Shown one piece after another: positions 38,556-50,103 of a DNA stretch of 64,000 bases. This stretch comes from Kondoa subrosea (lineage: Eukaryota). Numbering within the stretch: the first letter of the stretch is position 1; every line of letters starts with the position of its first letter. A program made the position numbers and the translations under genes. The stretch covers positions 248,001 to 312,000 of the forward strand of contig BCIN01000008.1 in the NCBI GenBank assembly GCA_039545335.1, written 5' to 3'. The notes under the pieces were generated by a model that did no database searches, was not told where the DNA came from, and worked only from the letters and a program-made list of their open reading frames with translations.

Positions 38556-39042
38556 GTTGAGGGTAAAACGAATGTAAGTTCTTGTGAGTGATGGTATATA
38601 GCAAGTGCGAAAGTCAGGAAGAGAGCAAAACCAGAGAGCAGGGGACAATTTATAGATCAGAGCACACAATAGGACCTAGCCAATAGGGTCGTGTCGACGC
38701 CTGGCCAGCAGCGAGAAGATAAAAGGCCAACTTGCACGAGGGCCGAACAAAGGGAGCGTGTTGATATCAAGGACGGATTCGGACGTGATGGTGGTTATAG
38801 CGCAGAAGAGACATAGCAGAGGCTGGAATCTTACAAGACACATAGCGTTGTCAAGGAGATTGCATGAAAAATCGGTCTATTGTTTCAACTTAGCGAACTC
38901 TTTGGTAAAGCAAGCTTGATGCAGTGATTATGGTAATGCCGCGTTCGCGCTGGCCGATCTGGAGGTGAAGCAGCAAAGCAATGTAATGATCAAGTGGACG
39001 TGCGAATAACAATATTATGTAATCCCAGCTTGACCAGCTACC

Positions 39043-40011
39043 ATGGACTCGCTACTGTATCAGATCCCTCGCAATACGTGCGTATGGCCTGTACAAAGTG
39101 CTTTCCGACTAATGCATCCGTAGAATAACCGCTGTTGGTCTTCCTTTGATCTGCGGAATCGGTTCTGGTTTGGTAACGAGAAGCTCCGTGAATTCAGTCA
39201 GTAGCTGCTCTAGAGTCTCTGGATATACTTATCCAGTGCATGTAGTGGTATACAACGGTGAAGAAACCAGTGTAAGCTATAGGCAAAGTCATGCCAAACT
39301 TGCGAGATCTGATTTTGAAAGAAAGAGGAGAACCTCCGCGGGCTGCTTTTCCAATAGCATGGACTCTATTATATGCTGGTATATCTTGTCGGTCCTCAGT
39401 TCTGTGGTTCTTCGCTGACGGTTATTCAAGGGATGGGTTATGCTTCGCATCTCTTTGTTGAGGCGATGGACAAAGTGAGTTCCAGGCAATATGGAAGAGA
39501 AGCACAATCTCACGGCTATATCAGAGTCCTTCCGGAGCTGTTCGAGAAGCAGCACGCACTGCGTTATATCTACATTGGGCTCAACTCGCTCTGGTTAGTC
39601 ACTGACTTCTGCTGTCCTTCTGACCTGATGATCAACAGAATCTGAGCTGGACACCTCTCTGTGAGCTTAGTACTCTCCAACCCACTTTCGCTAACGTCAT
39701 ACAGTCTTCGGCATGCAAAGAACTCGTTTAGCATTAGTCGACATCCTTCTACTGACCGGGACAGTGTACAAGCTCACCGTAAGCTCTTCTCTCCCCTTGT
39801 TCAGATGTACCTTCGCTGAGGGGGCTTGAAGTCCGTTGCTGCACAAGTGGACGACAAAGCTTTTTATATTCACTTGGCTTATTCTGCTTGGTTGACTTGG
39901 GCTACATACCTGAATGGTAAGTTTACGTATCATTGATGACGGGATACTGATTTCCTTGCAGCCGGTATTGTGTATCTGAATCCTTCGCAACGTACATCGA
40001 AGAGACTGTAA
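39043..40011 (+). CDS. TSPO: TspO/MBR family translocator protein, 10 exons
   Basis: Spliced translation: MDSLLYQIPRNTITAVGLPLICGIGSG...SWYTTVKKPVGEPPRAAFPIAWTLLYAGMGYASHL...HWAQLALNLSWTPLFFG...ALVDI...YSAWLTWATYLNAGIVYLN. Confidence 0.9.
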
Positions 40012-40147
40012 CGAGCGTTGACTATTTGTCAAATGGGAGACTGTCAAAACTGGGAAATGAGAAACATAATTGGATAGCATAGCACACGCGGTGTTACAAG
40101 CAGAATCTATATTACAAGAGAAAATTCTATCATAGCTTCAAAGATAC

Positions 40148-41120
40148 TCATTCCATGAAAGGAAACATTTGCGCATACGTCTCGGAAGTTTGCAGAGGTG
40201 TCAGCTGACCCTGCAGAAAGGCCTTAACAAGCGTAGCTTTTCCTTGCAGAGATGGGACGCTTGAAGGCACTTTGTCCAGACTTGCAACATGTATCGTTAT
40301 CGATCTGGGTTGTCTAAAGATCTCTTTGACAAGCTTGGAAAGACTGTAGCAAATACTGTATATTTGAGGATAAAGAGTATCGAGTTTTACTGTCTTCAGC
40401 TTGCCTAGTTCAGATTGACATGAAGAGTCAAGACTAGCGGTGAAGTCTTGAATCGAGCTGCCGAAAATACTTGCATCAGGGTGGTACACCATAAACATTG
40501 AAGTACTCCGAATTGCTATTTGTATCAAGTTATTCACGCTGTGGAGCTGTATTTGTGACGGATTTCAATAACGTTCCGTCACAAGACAGGAAAACAGACG
40601 TACGTTTGCAACAAGACATCGACAGACATTCAAGCTCCTGGCATCGGCTGGGTGAGATTTGTCGCCATTGCGAGAGAATATCTGAGTTGTCATCGGATAG
40701 TTTGCTTGAGGATCGTATGGAATGATAGGAACAGACTCAAGGAAGGACGCGAGAGTGGCAGCGCATTTCAGGTGATAGTCGATGCGGTGAGAGATCAACG
40801 TATAGCTGCGTTGAGAAACGATGTCGACTATAAAATCAGGAGTTTTTGATTTCATCTCTGTTTCCTGAAACTTCGTATGATGCTATGCCAAAATCCGGGT
40901 CAGCATAAGCTTCATGTCGAGGAAAATCAAGACCTACTAATAAGAGGAATTCCATCAAATAAACGAGACTGCCTAGGCTATGTTCGTTCTGCACGAATTT
41001 CTGGACATCCAAGAAACATAACGACGAATGCGGGTCAGCATGATGTTCCTTGCTGGTGTATCGCTTGAAATCTATCATTTGCAATGAAGCGGCGGCGAAT
41101 GGGCCTTTCAGATTGATCAT
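40148..41120 (-). CDS. Orphan protein, tandem paralogue B (3 exons)
   Basis: Introns 40883-40937 and 40547-40603 give a continuous frame; clear similarity to the gene at 41547-42477. Confidence 0.75.
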
Positions 41121-41546
41121 CTTCAAAGAAATGGAACTGGTAAGACCTATATAGCAAGCAATTAGCCTCTATAGACAGCTGAACGTAAACAAATTTAGCT
41201 GACCGAAGAATCGGGGTGGTAGTAGAAGAAGAAGCACGAGAGAGAGAGCAAAAGCGCTAAAGAACTGATGACAAAGGGAATATTCATAGCAACGAGAGCA
41301 ACATCTCAAAAGCGAATACGCTGGAGGGACGCAAGGGAGAGCTGACAAGAACAGCGGCTACCTACAAACGACCAGTAGGCATGGAGCTGCTCCATAACAA
41401 AATCGAGGCTGACCAAGAGGAAGCAACATTCTGAATATTTCGAACCCACTAGATCAGCACAAGTCAAAAGAGTATCAGTACCATGCAGTGTTACAAGAGA
41501 TTCTAGTGTCCAAGAGTATGACGTTCGAGAAAGAATAGAAAGTACC

Positions 41547-42477
41547 TTAAGTAGAGAAGGGGAACACCTCTTGCAGCATGGTGTCGGCCTCTGAGCGTTT
41601 TAGACGTCCTTCTAACATCTTCAGCAGCTCGGAATCAATCTTGCTCCGCTTTGCGACGTGCGGTTTGTAATGCTTGGGGTTGAGCAAGAAAAGGGCTATT
41701 GCATGAATGCCATCAAGATATTCATACATGACGGGATAAGTTGCGTTGATACCAGCATCATCGAATGCTTTGAGAGTCTTTTTGCAAGACTTTTCGAATT
41801 CGGCAGCGAAAACATTCATTTGCATTGAGGACTGATTCCAGGAACTGACGTGTTCGCCAGACAAGAAGAGAGGATTGCACCGAATCACTAAGCGTGCAAG
41901 GTCCATTGCGCTATTCAACTATAGACCGTCCTTTGATCAATTATACTTTGAGGCAGTTATTGAACGGGAGTATTGCCTACATGAGCCATGATGCAACGAC
42001 AAATTAACCAATTCGTATGATCTACAGGGTGAGATACAGGATGGTAAGAACTTTGAGCATGGTATTGAACGACAGCGGTGTTCTTCAGGCGAAGAGCGAG
42101 ATGAGCAGCGTATTGAAGGTGATTATTGATCCCTAAGAAGATGTGCCCATAATTGCCATGGAGCACGATAGCTTGAAGGAACTCCGGCATGTTGGAGTTC
42201 GAGACCTTTCGTCGAACTTCCTTGTTTTGCTACGCAGATCACTCAGATCACTTTCGCTCAGAAACAGGCAAGGACATACGAGCAGAAGGAATTCGGTCAC
42301 TTGCACCAGATTGGCTAAACCATGCTCATTTTCATTGATCTTCTGGACTGTAATATCCCAAGGGCCAGCGACAGGAAAGCCGATCTTTTCCCAGTTTTCG
42401 TAAGCTGTCGTCCGCTGTTCGGCGCGAGTGAAAACCTCAATTAGAATATCTTGGGTCGTAAGGGGTAAGTTTGACAT
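41547..42477 (-). CDS. Orphan protein, tandem paralogue A (3 exons)
   Basis: Introns 42230-42279 and 41919-41980 give a continuous frame; same intron positions as paralogue B. Confidence 0.75.
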
Positions 42478-42844
42478 GGTATAGAGAGGTATGGAGTATG
42501 ATGAAGAAGAAGGAGAAGAGAAGAGAGCCTAATTGAGAATCAGATGAGCACGGATCTAACGGAGTTGCGCTGTAGCTCCTTCCGGTGCAAGCTGACTCGA
42601 CACGGATTTGACCAGGCACAGGATTGATGAGGACACACTCATGTAGGTGATCGCAGACTGATATCAGCTGCTTGCAATTCGCATCACTGAGATTGCTCTT
42701 GAACAAAGGACAGCTTTTGGCCCACGCGCTGCCTCTTCGGACTAGAGAATTGGCCAACGCAGGGTCTTTCGCGAGGATCAGAGCCCAGAGTCATCTACTA
42801 AAGTCGTTGCATTGGAGCAAGAATAATTTCGTTTCAAAGCAGCG

Positions 42845-43562
42845 ATGCCACTATTACCAGAAAACCCTACGACGACGGCAACAGCTCAGCCAAGCGAGGA
42901 AGAAGTGCTTGATCTAGTGGAAGCAGCTCGATATGGAGAACTAGACACTTTACAAGATTTTATCTCACGCTTTGGATCTGATCGAATAAAAGACTCAGTG
43001 GATGAATTTGGCTTGACACCTTTACATATGGCTGCTGCCAATGGTCATGAAGGTGTGTTGTGTATCTCAGACCCGCTAAATGAAAGCTGAAGGTAGAGAA
43101 TAAGATGTCGCAAAGCTGCTGGTTGAAATCTTGCCTGTCGACTGTCTGATCAAGAAGAACGAAAGGGGAAATACACCGCTACATTGGGCTGCACTCAAGT
43201 AAGTCACAATTATCTCCCCTTCTTCGATGGAAGCTAATGACAGGACTTGTAGTGGTCATCTCTCTGTTCTTCGCCTTCTCGTACCTCTTCTTACTCCAGA
43301 TCAACTTCTGATACGAAACGAAGCAGGAGATACAGCGGCAGATCTAGCGGAAGAGAGAGGGACAGAGAAGAGTCTCGAGTGCAGTGGTTATATAGAAGGA
43401 CAATTACCTGAAGATCCAAAAGAGAAGGAAGGTGTGACAGAGGAACCTGTGCCGGAATCTGAAGTGGAAGAGGAGAATGTAGCGGAGGGCGTGAAGAAGA
43501 TGGATTTGGCAGATCAAGCACCGCGGCAGCCGAATGGGCTAGACACGACAGCAGAGCGGTGA
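42845..43562 (+). CDS. YAR1: Small ankyrin-repeat protein (Yar1-like)
   Basis: EAARYGEL, TPLHMAAANGH, GNTPLHWAALN|GH, NEAGDTAADLAE; acidic tail. Confidence 0.75.
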
Positions 43563-43738
43563 CAACAGTGCTTGCGGAATGAATGTGGATGTGCTACAGC
43601 GGCAAGCGATGCAGGCTAAGCCGTACTGATCAGCGGTGTCAATTGAATGATTGGCAACCTTGTCTTGACACGACGATACATCTTCGCGGACGATACCCTA
43701 TTGCTGCAATACCATTGACTGCGTGAGGCTGGAATTGT

Positions 43739-44893
43739 ATGCTCTTCTATACCCAACGCTGTATATTCCCTCGCACAGCTTGCATCCGTCACAACATTCC
43801 AAGGACTGCCAGAATGTCTTCTACCACCCCTCTGCCTGTGCTCTCACAGCTACGAAATCTCTACGAACCTCTTAAGAATCAAGACGCTTGGTTTATAGTA
43901 GCCGTACATCTTCTCGCTTGTGTTATTTTCACTTCTCATAATGACGCAAAGACAGCTACTGCACTCGCGACTGCTAAACCTCACGCATTCCTTCCGTCTA
44001 TATATTCACTAGCTACATCTCCTTATGGACCCGCACCGTCTGAAAGAACTCATTCGCCAGAGAAGTTTGAAAATGATCCTTTACCTCGAAGAAAAGTAGT
44101 AAGGAAGATGAAAGAAACAATAACGAAATCCGCTATCCTAGTCGGGGTCGGAAAGAGTATCGAAGCGGCGTTTGATCTGAATTCTATCACGGAAGTATGT
44201 TACTTGCGTCTTTGAGTTGATCTCAAGGCTGATCAAGTTGCTTAGGAAGGTGATAGGGATGATGCTCAACCCCGGAAAGATTTTACTTTGGATGATACTG
44301 ATCGACAAAGAGGGCAAGAAGGGTTATTGAGAGTGTACGAGCAGAATCTAGCACCTAGTGAGTACCTCTTTGCATGATGTTGATCGAACTTAGCAAGGAT
44401 TCTAGTTGACGACAAGTTTGGTGATGCTCACGAGATGCATAGAATAAGTTATGATATTACGTGCGCCTTCTTCCCTTTTCTTTCGTCGTACCACTTAGTC
44501 TGTACTCAGATATGGTTATTTCGTAAGCTATGCCCCCTCAACGGGTTTCGAATTAGCTGAGCGACAAGTACAGCTTGGTTTATGCCGTCCTTATCATCCT
44601 ACTGCTCCTCTGACTTTCCCAGAGACTGAATTGTAAATCCTTACCTGTTTGCTTTACTTAGCTAAATTGTTTTCATCCAAAGGATCGTCATGTCGTGCTT
44701 TATTGGTCAACCGTCACCACGTGAACTGCTATGGCATCTTCGAGGTGCATTGAGAAGTGGTTGGACTAAAGAACAGGTTGAGATCATTCAGCAAGGTATT
44801 GAATTGATGTGTCTAGCTTGTGGTGTAGATGTGGAAACCTTGAAGAGTTTACCTAGAGTGAAAGATGTGCAAGAAGTGGATGACTTGTCTTAG
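43739..44893 (+). CDS. AhpD/carboxymuconolactone-decarboxylase-like fold protein
   Basis: KMKETITKSAILVGVGKSIEA, RQRGQEGLLRVY, DITYGYFL, ETELIVMSC, WHLRGALRSGWT. Confidence 0.7.
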
Positions 44894-44974
44894 AACATTT
44901 TACACCATCAAAAATGCATTTCAAACAATACACCGTTCCAATTTAATCAACAGTAGAATTCATACAGAACTTTC

Positions 44975-46124
44975 TTACAACTTTGCTTTGATCATCTCTC
45001 TGAACTTTTCTCCATTCATGACGCTTTCAGGATATGGCAAGTTCATATTGTTGTTACCAGTTTGCCAACTCCCCCCGTCTACGACGAGCTCAATTCCAGT
45101 GATATAAGAAGCAGCAGGACTGAACAAGAAGATTCCAGCATTAGCTATATCTTCCCTAGAACCCATTCTTTGCACAGGTGTTTCTTTGCTGATAGCTGCT
45201 AATCCATCTTTTGTTGCCAACCTTGACATGCCTTCTGTATCTGCTATAGGACCAGGAGCAATGACCTAAATAAAACATATGAACTTTGCCAAAAATCGGA
45301 CTCCCGTTATCTAATAAGATAAAAAACTTACATTAAATCTTATGCCTTGTGGACCAAATTCAACAGCCATAACTCGACTTAAAGCATCTATTCCAGCTTT
45401 CGCAGCAGAAACATGAGCTTGCAAAACAGTTCCAGAATAATGTAAAGTTGCGCTGATTGAAATATAAGAGCCTTTAGTTTTCTTAACTTGTGGTAAAGTT
45501 GCTTTCATTGTGTTGTATGTTCCAATCTGAGCATCACGATCTAGCTTTAAAAGAGGGAGAGGAAGGAGGTAAGACATACCACATCGATCTGCATTACTGT
45601 CGAGAATGCACTAGGCGATAATCCATCGATTGGGGCAAGAAAGTTGCCAGCCGCTCCGCAGATCTACAAGCTCATCATTAGCTGTATGAAGACTGGACGG
45701 ACGGACGACAAGTGACTTACAACAAAATCAATCCGACCCAGTTCTTTGACTCCTTGAGCAACAGCATTCTCCAGAGCTTTATAGTCTCTAACATCGGCAG
45801 ATACACCAACACATTTCCTGCCCGTGTTCTTACTCAACGTTTGAGCTGCTTGAAGGATGACTTCTTTTCTTCTTCCGACTATGATAGCATTGGCTCCATG
45901 TTCCATTAAACGCTCTACCATTCGATTGCATATTCCACTTTTGGTACTTTGAATGTGCGTAGCCAAAGAAAGGAACATTGATTGGCTTACGTTCCGCCTC
46001 CAGTACAGAATACGACCTTTTGAGACGAATATGATTGAGATTATATAGAGACGGGACAAAGCTTTACCTTTCCTGCGAAGATGTCTGGCTGGAAGATTGT
46101 TGATGATCTAGCTACTTCGTGCAT
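44975..46124 (-). CDS. SPS19: Peroxisomal 2,4-dienoyl-CoA reductase (SDR family)
   Basis: [61 protein letters not shown]-terminal PTS1 AKL. Confidence 0.92.
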
Positions 46125-46302
46125 ATTTTGCTACTTCTATGGTTCAAGAGCAAGTACAGTACAACACTCCAGAATGGATTTTGCGGAGGCCCCCTTCTTG
46201 CCTCTTCTTGCCTTACAACGGTCTACTAAAGACTTGTAGATATACACTTCCTGATCCTCGATTATCTCGCTGTCCTTGGTCTCAAGTTAGGCTGGAAAGG
46301 AA

Positions 46303-48335
46303 ATGACGGATCAAAATAGACTTCGGATTGCGGTAGTTGGAGGTCCAGCGAGCTCGTTATAACGTCTGGATCTATGCTCATTCGATTACTATTAGGCGGA
46401 ATTGCTGGTCTTACTTGTGCTCTGGCTTTACAAGCGCATCAGCGAAAAGGTGCGAATGTAGACATCAAAATATATGAACAAGCAGTAGGTGATGAGTCTC
46501 TTGCGAGCTAAGTCTAGTCAACTGATAAGATTTTGAATAGCCCAAATTCGCTGAAATTGGAGCTGGATTGTCACTGGGTAAGCACTCATTGAATCTTACG
46601 TAAGCGAATCTCAAGTCGTATTGATAGGTCCAAATGCTCAGAAAGCGCTTGAGCTGAGTAAGGATGATCGAATATCATCTACCTAAAAAGGCTCAATGTG
46701 CTTGATAGTCAGCGATGAAGTCGTTCAAGCTTTCCGTAAAGTAGCTCAGAACAATGATTTAAGTCCTGATTTATGGTTCGTGTTGCGTTATCTCGCTACA
46801 CTGGCTGAGGTTGTAAGCAGGTTCGATTTCATGGTTGGTGAACGGGATCATCCGCAATCCATGAAACAATTTACTACTGTCAGAGGAAAGAATGCAGGGA
46901 CTGGTAGTGTTCATCGGTCCGTTTTCTCCACTTCGCTGAATGTATTGTATCTAATTATCTGATACAGAGCTGATTTCCTGGATGAAATGATTAAACTCCT
47001 TGATCCGAAAATACCTCAATTCGATCATGCTTGTTCAGATTACACTATCAAAGAAGGAGAAGAAGAAGAAGGTGTTACTTTACATTTCGATCATCAACCT
47101 GATCAACAAGCAGATATTCTTATAGCGTGCGATGGAGTGAAATCACGTACTAGAAAATGCCTCTATGAACGAAAAGGTTTAGATGTGCAAAAACAAGCTG
47201 CTCGATATTCTGAATGGGTAGCTTGGAGAGGACTTGTTCCGTTGGAGAAATTCAGAGAAGCTATGGGCAACGAATGCAGTACTAAACAAATGTTGATGGG
47301 TCAGCATAAACATTTATTGCATTTCCCTGTTCGAGGAGGATCTTTGATCAGTAAGTATGTCTCTGCGTATATTACTGTGAATGTACTGAGATAAGTCGCA
47401 GATATTGTTGGATTCGTACAAGATACAAATCACAAGAAGTTAGGCAGTCATACAGGTTAGTTACTGGTAATCCCTCTGTCGCTGTACTCATCTCTATGAA
47501 GGTCCCTGGGCTGAACCGAGACCTAAAGAGGAGATGCTGTCAGTTCCGTATTATGCACATCGAGACATTGCTGACCGCTAATGCAGTGAGGATTATTCCA
47601 ACTTCTCTCAGGAATGTCATAATCTGCTGGAGGTACGGCATCTCCGGTTATATTCAGAACGACGTTCACAATTCTTCAGGCGATTGAGAAACCATCTATA
47701 TGGGGAATTTGGACATGTCCAGAGCTCGAGATAGCAGCAGAAGACAGAGTGGTTCTTATTGGCGATGCTGCTCACTCTATGACACCTCATCAAGGTACAT
47801 TTGCGCCCTTATTTAATCAATCTGGTCGCTGAACATTGCGGTTTCTCAAGGTGCTGGAGCTGGTCAGGCTGTCGAAGTAAATCCTCGGATGATCGTCTGA
47901 GACTCTCGACTGATCAGTAATCTAGGACTCGCTATTCATAGCTGCTCTGCTATGCGACTCAAGTGTTTGCGATTCGACGCCAAAAGCAAAATCAGCTCAG
48001 ATCCGAAAAGCTTTGGATATCTATTCCGAAGTTCGCCATACTCGTTCTACTAAAGTCCAGTAAGCAGTAAACAATTACACTGTGTCCTCAAGCTCAGTTA
48101 GTCGTAGACGTACTTCCCGCGAAGCTGGGTTGATGTACGAGTTTGACGGTGTCAATGGCGAGGGGGATGATTTGGTAAGCCTTTGCTCCTCTTTCTTGTA
48201 GCTTCTCTTATTTCTTATTGTGTTTTTGTGTCACAGAACAAGATAACTGAAGCTTTGCAAACGCGAATGAAGTGGATTTGGGAATACGATGTACCGGCAG
48301 AACTGGAAAAAGCAATTCAGAAGCTGAGAGCGTGA
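46303..48335 (+). CDS. FAD-dependent monooxygenase (salicylate hydroxylase-like)
   Basis: IAVVGG|GIAGL, EIGAGL, VHRADFL, LIACDGVKS, WRGLVP, VLIGDAAHSMTPHQGAGAGQAVED, RMKWIWEYD. Confidence 0.9.
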
Positions 48336-48586
48336 TACATCGTAATCGTAGATCGTGTTCAACGTGAGATACAGCAATTGTCATGATCTCGTGACGACAA
48401 GCATACAAGCTGAAACGCTCTGATGCTGCCCGTTCCTGCAGAAGAGACAGATATAGAGCAGACAAGCAGGAGATTTGGCAGAAGGGCTTGCAGAGCCTTC
48501 GCGTCCTAGATCACTTGCATTGCAGACATTTGTAGATCTTGTTTTCTTTCCAAGTCTTCCATCCTGACCCTACGTGCACAGCTACT

Positions 48587-49816
48587 ATGCCGCCCTCTCG
48601 TTTGATAGCATCGTCAACGCATGCATTGCGGAATAGCAGAGCCTATCATTTCGACACGCATCAATTGGTATCGAGGTTAGAGCGAGAAGGGTTGTCACCT
48701 CAGCAAGCGACGGGAATAATGACTGCGCTGGAAGATGTGGTTAAAGAAAGTATGAGCAGCTTAGTAGCCAACCTAGTCACGAGAGCAGAGCAGGAGAAAG
48801 TTCGTCCATGTCGCATTCATTCGCGCAAATGTGTATGACCGCGGTATACTGATGTGGCTCTTGTTTCTAGCATCAATATACGCAGAAGGTATGCTGACGA
48901 TGTTTAAGCGAGCTGGAAATGCACTGATCTTTCTCTGATCAGGTGGATTTCGCGAAGGTGAGTTGCTGTTTCTTTACATCTCTCCTCCCTATCGTGTGCT
49001 TCCTCTTGCACCCTTCTCGTCGCTATCACATAATCTCGTATCGTTGATCAATCTATTGTGTTTTCTTCTGCCTTTACTGCTCACTGGTGAAAATGCATCA
49101 TGCTTTTGAGACTGTTCAACTAATCTTTCTCCCCTGCATAACAGCTCAAATCCGAAGTCACTCTAGTAGAAAAACAAGATTATGCACTTTTACGATCAGA
49201 AAACGAAAGACTTTTATCAGACGTAGAGAAACTGAAACAAAGGTTAAGGGAAGAAGTATCTAAAACTTCTGCAGGAGTAAGGTTGGATCTGAATTTGGAG
49301 AAAGGAAGAGTGAGGGATGAATTAGGTCAGAGAGAGTTGAAGATTAGGGAAGTGGATACGAAGTTGGAAAGCGAGATTTCCGCAATGAAAGGTTAGCTGT
49401 TTCGCTTCTGCAAAGGTAGGGTCAGCTGATGAGTTCAGAATAGCTCATAGTCAGTCATGAGAACTGGTAGCAGTATCCTTGCTTACGATTCTTCGATTGA
49501 CAGTGGAGACTGTGTAAGTTCACTCGTGTCTCATTGAGGTTTCCTTTTCTCATTAGTTTATGTCCCTGCAGCAAGTTCAACATTCTGCAGGTATATTAAG
49601 GCTTCGATGAGCAGGGTCAAAGACTGACTGGTCATCTACAGTATCTCGTTGGTACACTGACTGGTTCAGGTGCTCTTCTTCTGGGTATGTCTTCCTGAAT
49701 AATCAACGCTGCACTTACTCACATATTTTTACCATAGCATATTTGGTTAGTCATACAGAGCTGCTGCAGATTGTCGCTGATCTTCCCGTTTGCGGTGTCA
49801 GAGGATGTTCAAGTGA
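48587..49816 (+). CDS. DUF1640 / CCDC90-MCUR1 family mitochondrial protein (Fmp32/Put6-like)
   Basis: YHFDTHQLVSRLEREG, QKVDFAKLKSE, AGVRLDLNLEKGR, KFNILQYLVGTLTGSGALLLAYLRMFK*. Confidence 0.9.
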
Positions 49817-50103
49817 TTCAATCAAGATTCTTAGGTTAGCCTTTCGTTTCTTCCTGCATTAATCCTGTGCTGACTCAGCAAATCTTGTAGCATGCGCATG
49901 GCTTGTAATATCAATGTACTTTTACTGCTCAATTACATCACATTTGCACATTCTGAAGTCTCGCACGACTCTCAACTCTCTTCCTTCTGGTGTAGTCAGA
50001 TTCCTGTACTATAGTAGATAAACTTCCAACGCTCAGATCGTAACATACTTCGACTTCCTAAGCTCGCGTTTCGCGTTTTTGCTTTTTCCTGGAACAACGA
50101 GCC

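Noticed and set aside
39289..40080. Minus-strand ORFs of 88 and 127 aa
   Set aside because: They are antisense shadows of the spliced TSPO gene on the + strand.
41195..41287. Hydrophobic upstream ORF (MNIPFVISSLALLLSLSCFFF) as a signal-peptide exon for paralogue B
   Set aside because: The available donor/acceptor pairs do not join it in frame with paralogue B. The hydrophobicity follows from CT-rich leader sequence.
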